A stretch of 64,000 nucleotides of DNA from Phoronis australis (GCA_002633005.1 NMRA01000037.1:1296872-1360871); one strand, 5' to 3'; shown: positions 11,836-24,769, counted from the stretch's first letter. A program made the numbers and translations. Notes: generated from the letters alone by a model not told the origin.

Positions 11836-13913
11836 GTAAGCATTCATATTTTGTCCGTAGAGGTCATTTAAGAAAAAAACGCGGACTCAAATTCGTGGAC
11901 CAATTTAGACGACCTGTGGATCATGTTTCCGTTCTCTGTTCTTGTTTGTTTGATTCATTTTTTGAGGGGACAAATTTTCACGTGACTGTAATTCTGTCTA
12001 TCTTTGGTACGTTACACAAGCAGTGAGCACTCTAGATAGCTATACTGCATTTTAAAACAGATTAGTCGCAGGTTGGATCTGACTCATTTGTACAATGTGC
12101 TAGCTCCATATTGCTTACATTGTTTTGTTCAGTTAATTTTGTTCAGTTAACTATTATTAAATTTAGTTTTGATCAGCTACTCTGCATTGCCATTGTGTTA
12201 GAATCTTCATGCATTGCATATTATTGGAAACAAAATAACACATTGCAATACAATTAATGTGCATGCTGCAGGGTCACGGGGTCACGGCTGAGCAATCACG
12301 GGGTTCAAAGAACATGTTGGTGTGCAAATAATGATGATTGCACCTAAAATTATCCGTGTGTCTGCCTTTTTGCTTTGCACCTATTGCAAATTTCAAATGT
12401 TCATGTTTTCTAGTTCTCAAGAGCTTTACTTAGAAAGTCCTGTACATGAGGCCATCTGTTTTGCTTTTGCTTCAAAATATGCTATGCTTATTTTGTAGAC
12501 TCATGTCATTTCACACAGTAACGTAAAATTATTTCTTAAAGAACATTTTTTCCCCACTTATTTCAAACGAGGTTATGTAGGGGAATTTCTTACCCACTTA
12601 AGTTAGTTTTGCACTTCAGAAAATATTACAAAGCCCTGTCAAGACTAGTAATACACACCTCTTTAACTGTGTGTTAATTGGGTCTGAACAATGTGTATTT
12701 ACCACTTAATTCATCCATTAACATGGGATATTGCATTCTGTTTTAACCATGGGGTGAAAGGGGTGACCTGAGTTTTGTGTCACTTAGAATCGCATACTCA
12801 AAAGTCAGAGTATTTCACCAATGATGGGATAACAGTATAAAGTAACTTAAAAATAATTTCTACTAACTGGATCACACTGGCAACCCTTTGGCTATACTTC
12901 AAAATCGGGCAGTTGGTGATGCTTGATACTATTACTTTTGCACACCTGTCAACTACAAAATCGAGGAGGCAGTGTGACCTAGTGTGCCTGCTTTCTTACT
13001 GATTTCTGTCATTTCATTCGTCATAGGATTTTTATCAAGATCGTGTTCATCATCTCCATAATTATCATCATCAGTGTCATCATTCTCATCTCCATTCCCA
13101 TTTATGTTTTCAGTCAATTTCGCCAAGTGTCGCTCATCCCAGTTCTTTCATTTTTATGAATGTCTATCTCAATGTTGGCATGGAAAATATGTTGCAAACA
13201 TTTATTAAGTGTTGTCAGCACGTCGCTCTTGACTTCTTCCTAAGAATGCCACCACTTGGCTCTACGATTTAAAGGAGAATGCCACCCAAAAAACAACCTG
13301 GTTTGTATCAATTTAGATCGAGTAGTTCCACTTGGTAACAGCAAGTACAGCTCTTTTATCTGACACCTGACGGCAGACAGAGGTGTTGAAATTAACCAAT
13401 GACGTCAGAGGTTTGAATGCAGTCTGTTCAGCAGTTCACAACAGGCTTACTAGTGTCAGCTTATTGCTTAAATTCATTGCTTTACACCAATAAATCATCA
13501 AATACATCGAGTTATTGAACAAACGAGTTATTTTATTTCACTGTTACGGATTTTTAAGTCTTTCAACATACCGTCATAGGCGGATCTGGGGGGGGGGCAG
13601 GGGGCCCGGGCCCCGCCCCCCTTGGCTGCCGCAAAAAAATAAAACAGTAAGAGCGTAGGGAAATGGTGAGTTTATTAATTAACTCCGGTAATTAAAATTA
13701 TACGGATGAAAAAAGATTTAAATGTGTGCAGTTTTAGTGTTGGCGGGGGGGGCTCAAATCCAATTTCAAGTGTCAAATTCGGAACACGGCGCATTCGTAA
13801 CGGAACTATGGCTATGTATAGGCTCTCCCAGGCGACCGGTAGTGGCGCTGCGCACTACGACTCCGTTTCCGTCGTCTGCTCCACTGTGCAATGAAGAAAA
13901 TTTACTTCATTTT

Positions 13914-15313
13914 TTATGCGCCCACATATTTACTACCGGTGTGCCCCCTAGTGGCAATTTTATTTTTTTACGCTTACCTTTGTATGTTCAAAACAGGGCT
14001 TGGAATTTTCCGCGGAAACGCGGATTTCCGCTTTTTTCAAATGTGCTGTCCGCTTTTTTTATAATATTTCCGCGTAAAAAAAAATCGGATTTGATATAAA
14101 ATTTCCGCAGCAAATTCCTTTCTTACCGCGGCGTTGCAGACGACGTTCACCTCGAAAAGCGGAAGTTGCTCTTTATGTTTCGGAGGAACGTAAATTGTCA
14201 ACATTGCCGGGGCACCTGGGACAGCGTGGTGGGAATTTCAATGGCGTCTCGTGTTATTGTTAAGCGCGGCGACAAATACTACCGCTCTGCAGCCAAAAAT
14301 TTGTGGGGTTGGGAGTGGACGGGCCAGCTAAAAGGACGCAGACCCATGCTACTGATGGTGGTAACGTTTTTTTTTTTTTTAGTCCTCCCGATTTTTGTCC
14401 AGGAAAGGTTCACATTAACCATTTCAAGGCTGGTTAGCGGGCATGATTTGGGCCGTAAAAGTTTCCGCGTTTTTTGTCATTGGTCATTCCAAGCCCTGTC
14501 AAAAGTCGTGAACGGATTTTCATGAAATTTGGTATGTAGGCACCTATTAGTGAGATGACCCTATCCTCCCGTTTTCAGATGGATTCGACATAGTTTGCGC
14601 CACCTAGTGGCCATTTTTACTGTTTTCGAGTCTGTATTTTTGCGTCCACCCCTCTATCAACCAAACCGCTCAAAGGTTGATTGTGAAAATTGGCATGTAT
14701 GTTCTTACTATGAAGAGGACAATTGATGCTGAATTTCCCATGACTTTGATTAATGTGTCGCCTCTTAGTGGCGGCATTTTTTTGCGCCCATGGCTGTATC
14801 TCCCAAACCGTTTTCAGGATCTTTACTAAATTTAGCAAGTGTATTTATGTGATATTTACAACGGACGATGACGACTTTAGGATGATTCTGACTACCGGTA
14901 TGCCTCTAGTGGCAATTTTAGTATTTTACATTGACCTCTGTATTTTCATAGGTCTTCAGGTGTATATTTTGTGTTACTTCGTGACTATGAAGGAAAAGTT
15001 CCAAGTAGAAATTTGTTTCTGGCATTCTAATGCTGTGCTAATCTCATATATTGGTAAATTTGTTTTTAATTCTATGTTTCTGTGGTGCTTTAAGCAACTG
15101 ATGTATAGGATGTGCTTGTATTATGAAGATCACTCACATTTTGCCCCTAGCCTATTGAGGAGACAATGACCATGCCTTTCCATTTTGCAAGCAGTACAAC
15201 ATACTACATATATGCCCTCTACTGGCCACTTTATGGTACCAATAAACAACCCTAGAAGGATACCGTATACGGTGCAGTTGTGGGCGCATTTCAACGCTCT
15301 GCATTGCTCTTGT
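13914..15313 (+). mobile_element. Helentron/DINE-1-like HINE, copy B (inside the hAT5-like MITE)
   Basis: SubTIRs atgcgcccaca/tgtgggcgcat and a 3' hairpin. Inserted in a T-run without TSD; the empty site cattttttaaag is seen in the MITE copy at ~30270. Confidence 0.82.
13994..14498 (+). mobile_element. hAT-like MITE with 6-bp TSD, copy 2 (inside HINE B)
   Basis: TIR CAGGGCTTGGAAT. TSD TCAAAA at 13988-13993 and 14499-14504. Confidence 0.9.
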
Positions 15314-18300
15314 TAAAGAAAATGGAACCTGAGTGACGATGAAAAAACAGAAGCTGCTGGTAAGATGTGAATTTTAATCGAAGCCTTTAAGTTAGTGAAT
15401 CACTCAGAAACTCGCAATACTCTCTTTGTCAAACCTTATCTTAAGACGATTTCCAAAGCAATCCCGTCATTATTGCCAACACGAAAAATGGATTTGGTCT
15501 TTTGGGCATTTGAAGACTATTTCAAATACAACAAATTTGTTAAGAATAGATGGCACAAAATATAAAACGTGTAATAAGCATTACAAAAAGAAGTAGATTT
15601 CGTGCGCAAATGCTGTGGACCATAAGGAAGTAGGTCTTTTAGTATGAGATTTGTAGTTAAATCGTGGTGGTGTAGTGGTAACGCACGCACGCTCTATCCG
15701 CCGGGTCGTGAGTTCGAGTCTTTGGTACTTGCAGTTTTTCCTGTTTGACACGTTCTCTGTGTTTTTTTTTTTGCCTTTTTTCTTGGATAATACTTCAGGA
15801 ATCAAGGAAAATGCTTGATTTTTAGAGGTAAAAACAGAAAAATTTCCTGGGCAGGAGGGGGGCAAACCTCTCTCCTGACCTCCCCCCATTCGGTGCTATG
15901 CGTATCTACAATCGTGGTTCAGTTTGTGCAAATGCTTACAGCCGGACAAAATGTTGGGCCCCCCTTGTGATATCCTAGATCCGCCACTGACCGTAGCCTA
16001 CAAAGATGGGTAGACCAATTTACCAAGGTCAGTCTCTTGAGAGTGGGGTCTGTTAGGTGATAAATTCAAATTATTCGTCCATGAAATACAGACACAAGAA
16101 CATAGCTGTGTGTTGTAATTTTAGACTTGCGATTTTTTCGTTCTAGACACACGTAACGCTTGCTATCCCAACCAATGGCTCGGAACCCGGACGATCAGGC
16201 TCATCGTGGCCATACTGAAGACACCACAAATATATTCCAGCTAAAAAAGTTGGAAACTAAACTTCCAGTCATATACTAGTGGGCCACAGAAAAAATGCGT
16301 ACATGGTTATTTTGGTGAATTAGCCGCGAAACTGCAAATCTACTTACTAGCTCGTCGGGGGCCGCGAAGTCAGGTTACCCTTCCACAGAACCGTCAGCGC
16401 AAAAGTTGTACAGTAACAATGATTGCGCAACAGTTTTCACACAGCCTTGGTGCCCAGTCAGTTAGTTTATTGCATCTAAAGCCAATAATGCAGTGATTTA
16501 TTCATTGCTGGCTTCTGGAAACATTTGCACTCAAAAATACTCCACCGCATTACAAATTGTATCTAATAAGACAGACTTTGTTTCAGTTTTGTATAACCAT
16601 TGGTTAGGGTGAGAATAATTCATTTTGAAACAGAACGCACAATAGTCAACGTGGCATCCGCAATCCCGACTTAAGATGAATGCTCATCCGACAAAGACTT
16701 CATAGGTGGATCGTTATAGGTTTCACAGGGTATCAGTTCGAACTGGAATACAATGATCAATAAATACTAGAGAGGCTCCGTGAACGTGCACAGACAGCGG
16801 AACATATGGACAGTTCCCAAAACCGTTTGAATAACTTGTCATAGTGTCAATGAGCTAACTGCACGATAATGGAAACGACTGACGCTTGCGTTTGCTGCCA
16901 CGAAATTCCGCACATGAAATGCCTTCTTGGAGAAGCACAGATGTGTCTCACGGACCATACTGATTTTTCACCGTATTTAAACAGAGGAGTGCTTATGACA
17001 TTTTCTTAGGGATGAGAAAAAGAACTGGTGAAAACATCCAGAGGACCGAACAGAAGCCTCACGAACAAGTCAGTCATCAAACCGGTTATATAAAATGTTA
17101 TGTTCTCACGCCTTGAATTAATTGTAATTGTTTATGTTTTCATGGCCAATTACAATTCTCCATAATCACAAACTGATCAACAACCGATCCGACGAAATGC
17201 AGGCCACTGACAGACACGGAGAAGTTTCACGGCCTCATACTTAGTATTAACGGCGTACTTTTCATTCTTTACTACCGCGAGCCACTTCCAAAGCATTATG
17301 GGCTATCGTGAAAATCTATAAAACGAGATATCCGCTTTCCTCAGCTTCATAGTTCGCACAAGCATGAACAATACACCACACCGGAGCGGCACTCACTCTT
17401 TAGAAGAACCACTGACGTCACTGCGTCATTTCTCACCTTCCTCACAGGTTAACGCGACACCTCTCGGGGAGTTAAGATCGACCGTATTCCAGGTGATGGG
17501 CATACAGACCGATTAAGACGGTAAAATGGCGAATTAAATCGGGTGGCATTCTCCTTTAATGTTAGCAACCACTCTCGAAGCCAGCGACTCCAAAAATGCC
17601 TTACTAACTCTTGTACTCGTCTCCACCTAACTGTTAAGTTGAAGTCTATACTATCTACGGGACATCATCTGATGGGTGAGGTGACTGGTTAGTTAATGGC
17701 CGTGAGTTGATCAATGCCTCAGCTCCAGTAAACGCTGTGACTAATTTTTCATCTGTAATATCTGCCTGCGAAAGTGTAGCATAGATATCTCTTTTCGCAG
17801 CCTTGATCATGGTTTCATGCATTCCTCCACAGTGCGGCGTCAAGGGTGGGTTGAAGTGCCATTGTGTCCCTTTGTTGACTGCTGATCTATGGAGGGTGTC
17901 TTTGTCTAGTTTGTTCACTCGCCTCCAATGAATTTACTTCCGTTGTCTGACTAGACTTCTAGTGGTCGATTTCCTCTATTCACCATATGAAAGATAGCGC
18001 TAAAAAATAAGTTGGTATACATACTGTAAGACATCTCCAAATGGACGGCTCTAGACAGCAACTAGGTGAATAAGCATAGGTATCGCTTGGATCTCCGCAT
18101 GCCTCTGCCCTGCTCGGTAACTGAGGGTCCTGCATAATCAACTGCGATACTCATAAAGGGTCGCAGTGGCAGCATCAGTCTAATCTTCGGAAGTGGTGCC
18201 ATGATCTGAGAGGCACACCTAGCTTTGTGTCTTTGACACCCATAACACTCTATTTCCCCATTCACGAATATCTTCTGTGGCTAGCAATATACAGAAGTAG

Positions 18301-18544
18301 TGCAACAGCAAAGCCAGTGTCTTGGTTAGTTCCTGCCTGATGATTACCTTTCTCGGGGTGATTCTTCACGATAAGCTATGTCGTCCAGGTCTTCCTTGGC
18401 AGCATCACCGGAAATCTCGCATCATAGAGTAAGTAGTCTGCATGCACCAATCGGCCATCCGATCGCAGTACTCCATCTTCATCCAACATCGGCTTCAGAC
18501 TTAAGAGCTTGCGTTTAGATGAAATGGGCTTCTTAATCAGTTAA

Positions 18545-20219
18545 AGGAGAATGCCACCCGATTTAATTAGTCATTTTTACCATCTTAATCAGTCTCTATC
18601 CACATCGCCTCTTATACGGTCGACCTCACCTTTCCGAGAGGTGTCACGTTAACCTGTGAGGAAGGTGAGAAGCGACGCAGCGACGTCAGTGGTTCGTCTG
18701 CAGAGTGAATGCTGCTATATTGCGGTGTATCGGTTCCCGCTTGTCCGAAATATGAAGCTGTGAAGAAAGCGGGTATGTCGCTTTTTCGACTTCCTCGAGA
18801 GCCCGAAATGCTTAGGTAGTGGCTTGCGGTAGTGAAGAATGAAAGGTATGTTGTTAATAGCAAGTATGAGGCCATGGAACATCTCCGTGTCTGTGGCCGG
18901 CATTTCGTCGACAGTGATTTCTCTGACGAATTTCGGCTTACCAAAGAACTATCCATATGTTCTGTTGCCTATGCACGTTCACGCCACCTCTCTAGTATTT
19001 CTTGATCAGTGAATTCCGGTTCGAACTGATAGCCTGTGAAACCTAACGATCCGACCCGTGAAGTCTTCGTTGGATGAGCTCTTGACTAAGTCGGGATTGG
19101 CGCCGGGCGAGTTGCCATGTAGACGTTAATTATTCTGCGTTCTGTTTCAAAATGAAGTATTCTCACCCTAAAATGATCCTAACCAATGCTTATGTGAAAC
19201 TGAAACAAAGTCTGTCTCATGAGATACAATTTGTAATGCCTTGGAGTGCTCGTGAGTGCGAATGTTTTGAGAAGCCAGCAATGAGTAAACCACTGCGTTA
19301 CCGGCTTTTGATGCCGGCAACAAAGGTAATTGACCAGGCACCGAGGCTGTGTGAGCGCATGCTAATTCAGTGTTTGGTGACAGAAAGCTGTTGTGAAACA
19401 AGTACTCGATTTTTTATGCTATTGTCACATGTTAGGGGAATCTTTCTTTAGAAATACAAATACATTATTCAAATCATTGTTACTGTAGAACCTTGCCCTG
19501 ACGGTGTGTGAAAAGGGCTGATTTTTCGGCCCCCGACAAATAAGTAGGTTTTCAGTTTCATGGCCAATTTACATAAATAAATACCTGCACATTATTTCTT
19601 TGGCTCACTATTATAGTCTTTTCGTGACTGGAGGTTTAGTTTCCAACTCGAGCTGGTTTATGTTTGTGCCAGTCCCGGCGGCCGCGACGGGCCTGATCGG
19701 GTTCCGAGCCACTAACCGGGATAAGAAGCGTTTTGTGTGTTTAGAACTGCTCAAAAAATCATGAGTATAAACAACACAGATCTAGATTCTCCTTTCTGTA
19801 TTTCACGTAACAATACGTCGAATTTATCTCCGAACAGACCCCAAACTCCTGCTGCGGATCTTGGTAAATTGGCCTGCCGAACTTTGTAGGCTACGGTATG
19901 TCCAAATACCAATAAATCCGTGACAGCGAAATGAAACAACACATTTTTATAAAAACTCGGTGTGTTTTTAAGGGTTTTACATCGAAGTTTGATGATTTAT
20001 TGCTGTTAAACGATGAATTCAAGCGATAAGCTGACACCACTAACCCGTGTTGTGAACTGCTGAACAGACTGAGTGTGGAACCAATTACGTCATTGGATAA
20101 TTTCAACACCTCCGTCTGCCGTCAGGTGTCAGGTAACGCAACTGTACGTGTCCTTATGGAGTAGAACTACTCGATCTAAATTGATACAAATTAGGTTGTT
20201 TTTTGGGTGGCATGCTCCT
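18545..20219 (+). mobile_element. Kolobok-like DNA transposon, copy 2 (inverted relative to copy 1)
   Basis: Same TIR with one mismatch, TTAA on both sides (18541-18544, 20220-20223), and internal homology to copy 1. Confidence 0.88.
18709..18921 (+). pseudogene. THAP zinc-finger remnant of the Kolobok-like element
   Basis: MLLYCGVSVPACPKY...SLFRLPREPEMLR*WLAVV...HLRVCGRHFVDSDF: C2CH THAP-like signature with one in-frame stop. Confidence 0.75.
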
Positions 20220-22760
20220 TTAACAGCATGGTTGTGCTCTAACTCATCATCCCGTTCTGTGCCTGACATTCTAAGTTCCTGCAGTAACATCTTGGCTCTG
20301 ATGACAGAGGGTGCTAAAAATCCCATCGAGTTGAACAATGACGCTGTCTTGGCAGGAAAGCTGCATTTCGTTAAGGGCTTAGAAGCGTTTGTCTTAAGTG
20401 TGAAGACATCTTCTTTTGCAACCCAAGTCACGCCTAATGTCCTTATAGATGGCAAGATACCTTCGTCTAAATCTATTTCTGTAGGTCTATGTTTTGATGG
20501 AATCTCTCTGAGGACTTATTTGGAATTCGAAAGTCATTTCCTCTCACGCATAGTAGCAGACCCCCATAACTGTGACAGTTGAGGAGGATACAGCTCTGCA
20601 TTCTGCATTGGTTAAGATGGAGTCCATGGTATCGTCCACATAGGTCGACTTTAAGACTGTCTCAGCTGCTTGCTTGAAATGATGTTTGTTGTTTTCTGCA
20701 TGCTTTTGTGACATAAACTGAGCTTGGAATGGCCAGGAGTTGACTCTGAAGACTAATCTGTTGAACTGGTATTCGCTTGGTGACTTTGACTGGTCAATAT
20801 TGCTCCACAGGATCTGTGTTATGGTCTGTCGGTAGCAGTTATTCCAATGCAAATATACATCTGCTAAATCACAGACGAATACCACAGTGACTGGAAACTG
20901 ATGAAATCTATTCAGCACATCAGGCAAGTCTTGCTGCGACTGTGGCCCCTTGTATATCATGTCGTTCAAGCATACACTTTCATGCTTTGCTGACACGTCA
21001 AACACGATGCGAACTTTAATGGTAGTCTTGTCTGGACACACGATCGGGAAATGTGGCAGACACCAAACGTCTTCACTAGCTGTTTCTCCGATGGACGTAG
21101 ACAACTCTATCTTTGAGACGTAACCTTTCTTCATTTAGTCCATCATCTTTGAATAAGTACTTCCTACATTAGGCTCTTTTGTAAGTCGTTTTTCTGTGTT
21201 CTCTAATCTCTTCAGTGCAGTGTAACAGTTGTAATTATCAGGTAGGACTTGTCCGTTCTTCTTCCATGGCATCGATATTTCATTAATGTTCATCGACTCT
21301 TCTACTTGTGTGACTGCACTCATTTCCTCTTCAGTACGCTTCGTTAGACCCTCTCATGTCCCAGATGCTTTGATCTGCTTGCTCAGCGAAGAAGATTACG
21401 TTGAAATTGGCGGAGTGTTTCTCAGTTTCACCTCCTCTTCCAATGCATGTCCACCCCAAGGGTGTCAATCTGGCAATCGGCTCTCCAGGGTTACCTCAGA
21501 CATCTTTGAATGAGTAGTGATGTTCTGCATGATTGATTCCGATTTGCTTGTCGATGAAAGGTCGATGGCCGAGACTGGGGAATGGGAGTCCTTGCAAATG
21601 TTTCTACTTGGTATAGTGTGCTCTGCAGTCAACATGGCATAAGTCCCCAGACACCCTTTTCAAGGTGAATGCTGTAACTGTTGTGTCAGTCTGACCGTCT
21701 AGGCTTTTGAGTTTGAACTCCACTGGCATTGTTTGAAAACTGTTCTCTTGTCCACTGAGCATGTTGACTGTAATGCTGCGTAGTTTACCATGCAAACCCA
21801 ACTGGAAGCCATGTCACTGTTGGTATACGTTTTCGTGCTGCCATTGTTGAGTATAGCTGTGATCAGCTTACGACTGCCATTCATGACCTCCACCGGAACT
21901 GTGCACAAAGCCACAGCATGCTTTGTCAAATCTGAATCTGTAGTCTTCATCATGGTTGTAATGTTTATACTCTTGTCTGGAACCCTGCTCCAACTCAGTG
22001 CAAGCAGCATGTTGACTAGAACGACCTGTCCCATTTTCTGTACCCACATCACTTCTGTTTGTATTGTTTGAAGAGCCTTCTCTGTGTAGCAGGCAGTTGT
22101 GATTCTCTCTGCTGCTGTTCACACCACATTGTCTGCTACGAGTGCACTCACTTCCTCGATGGTTGCATCTGAGGCGTCGAAAACATGCACCGACATGTTT
22201 CGCTTTGTGCCATCGTTGATTGATGCATCGCATTGAAGTCATCGCATAGCCGCCGGGGGTCTATTTTCTTTCAAACCTTGCATAACCTCATGGATCTTCT
22301 GTCACTGTGTTGCTGTCTCTCCAAAAAGAATGTGCGGAGCATCTTTAAGTTTCGGAGTTAACCCTCCCAATGTCTCTGCAGCAACTGTCTGATATTCAGC
22401 TTCTTTGATGATCCACTGGTAAAGAGTTTCAACACACTCTGGCCTCTTGTGTTCAAACATCCGTCGCTGGTAGTTGATAACCGTGCTTTCTGTCATCTCC
22501 TTCAGGATCTTCAAGTACAGCGACCCATTGCAGTTATCAGAACTTTTAAAACTGATCTGCCAATCTGTCGACAGCTTTTGCAACGCCAGGATGGATCGGT
22601 CGAAAGTGGTCCAATTCGTCCAAGTGCAGGTTAATCTGACGAGTCCCACCATATTTTCTCTAATGGGGGACCTTGGCCACATTGTACGCCACTGCTGAGT
22701 GGCCCAGGCCCTCGATGATTCTCAGTGGGTCACCAGACAGGTGTTTCTTAAGTTGCAATA

Positions 22761-24354
22761 CCGTATTCACCCTAATAAGCGCCCATACTGCTATAAGCGC
22801 CCCCCACGCGTTTTCAGACTTTGCTAAAATAAGCGCCCAGTCCATGAATGCCGTGTACAAGCGAAAAATGCCTTACCTACAGTTCTAAAATTCTACAGTA
22901 ATTTCTTCAATTTGTCAATAAGAACCGACAGTCCTGAAAAAATCATTGTGCGCGGAATTTGTAGACCATGAGCCTCGCCGCTATGTCAGTATTTAGCCGT
23001 ACACTTCAAACTTCCGCCGTCCTTCAAAAAGAACGCAAGCGCGAATCGAAGACTAATAAAAACTTGACCTCTTTGTTCAGTTAAAAGCACGTGGCCACGA
23101 AGCCCGCGCTAGTTACAAGTACCTGTCATCGAAGATTAGTCTTCGGGAACTATCTATTCATGAAATGGGTAGCATAGCATCGGCAGGAAATAAATACTGG
23201 CATTATTTCCAAAGGTTTCTAATACTGTAAAAAATGTTTGCGTTATTTTAAAGGGGGAATTGTTAATATAGTCATAATTGGTGTCAAAATGACCCACTGT
23301 GGTGAACACTTCCGCATGCGCGTACCCAGAGGGGGCTCGGGGGGCTCAAATGAGCCCCCATTTGGCAAAGTTGGCAAAAAGGTCCGTCCGAGAGACAAAA
23401 AGTCAGAGAAAATGGGACAAAAGTCCACTAAATAATCGCAAACATGCACTTCACAGTGGTGCTCCGTTTATTTTAGACCGCCCGCCCTTTTGTTAGCAAA
23501 AGGTCCATAACGTCAGGAATTCAAGTCCCCCCATATTGAAGGCTGGGCGCGCATGCTTCCGCATTCTTACACCCCCGAATCTTCCGTAAAATAACAGTTA
23601 GACTGTCACGCAACCAGTCACCTGGCAACTCAATGACATCGGCCTTACAGAGACAATTCTCGAACGTTTTTAGCAGTTGAAATCAACAAGTGGTTAATAA
23701 AACAGGTTCTGCTTTACTGCTTGTGTTAATTTCCTTAGTTCCGAACACCTAGATCATTACATCGCGTTTACTCTGGCAAATGAACTCCCATCGGATGACA
23801 CGCACGCGCTCGCTCACTCACATAATACGCAGATGAACTTCAAAACAAACATCACATGTCAACATGTGTTCGTCCAGAGATTTTTCTCGTGTTGCGGAGT
23901 ACGATCTAGCGCGAATTTGGACTTAATAATTATGCTGTTAATCCCGACTCCACAGGGACTTAAAAATCTTATAAAAGGGACGCTATTTTGAAAACTTAAG
24001 GAGGACTTCAGGTAATTTGTTGAGTCGAAACTATATTTTTACTCAAGAATTCATTACAAGTTGACCTATCGGTGATCACGAGGCAGTGACGCATCAGTCG
24101 TCAATTTTTTGGCAGTGGGATTTTCTGAAAAATGGTCATAATTTAATAACAAAGTTTGTTAGCAATGCACTGCAATTTTGTAGAGACTGTCTTAGGTTAC
24201 AGATGCGTCACAGAGCGTAAATTTGATGAATTCTAACTTACAATTTCACCTGTTTCGGAGACCGGGTTTCAACCACTTTTGGGCTATGATAAGCGCTGCC
24301 CTTCCTGAAGCAAATTTTTCTAAGCACCCTTGGTGCTTATTATGGCGAATACGG
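22761..24354. mobile_element. Tc1/mariner pogo-like non-autonomous element, copy 1
   Basis: TA TSD, TIR CCGTATTC(A/G)CC(C/A)TAATAAGC(G/A)CC and subterminal ataagcgccc repeats. Splits the Pao gag frame AEYKL|LQLKK. Confidence 0.85.
23315..23555. mobile_element. small MITE with 6-bp TSD nested in pogo-like copy 1
   Basis: TIR CATGCGCG(TA)CCCAG / CTGGGCGCGCATG. TSD CTTCCG at 23309-23314 and 23556-23561. Confidence 0.8.
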
Positions 24355-24769
24355 TAGTTTGTATTCAGCGGTCGTCTGCATCTTGTCTCCGCAAGCCCTG
24401 AACACTGCCTTTCAGCTTACGTATGCCTTCTTGTCACTGTTAAATGTAGGAACGGAAACTCTCATCAGCTGCTTCCATATGTCTCTACCTGTTTCGGCAT
24501 CAGCGAGACCTTTATACAATTGGGTACATTCAGTAGCTGTAACCCTACTTCCATGTGAATGGAATGAAACCTCTAGGACGGGGGGGGGGGGTGTTATGTT
24601 CTGTTCTGTTCCATTTTCAACTTTAACAGCGTGTTGTGGAAGAAGGGAATTACAGTGTTCTGCTTTGTCTGACATTGATCTGGTTTCACTAGCAGTGGAC
24701 TCGAACTGGCTCTCCACCCTCTCAAATTCTTCAAGTTTTTCAGTCTCTTTGTTATTTTGTTTTCGTTAA

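Larger units (their letters stand above)
13575..15989 (+). mobile_element. hAT-like MITE with 5-bp TSD (hAT5-type), copy 1
   Basis: TIR CATAGGCGGATCT / AGATCCGCCACTG. TSD ACCGT at 13570-13574 and 15990-15994. The empty site acataccgtagcctac is present in Kolobok copy 2. Confidence 0.85.
13273..17555 (-). mobile_element. Kolobok-like DNA transposon, copy 1 (with nested inserts)
   Basis: Perfect 15-bp TIR AGGAGAATGCCACCC/GGGTGGCATTCTCCT and TTAA TSD (13269-13272, 17556-17559). Splits the Pao frame WLLT|LNRRAKW. Degenerate THAP remnant at ~17190-17390 (-). Confidence 0.88.
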
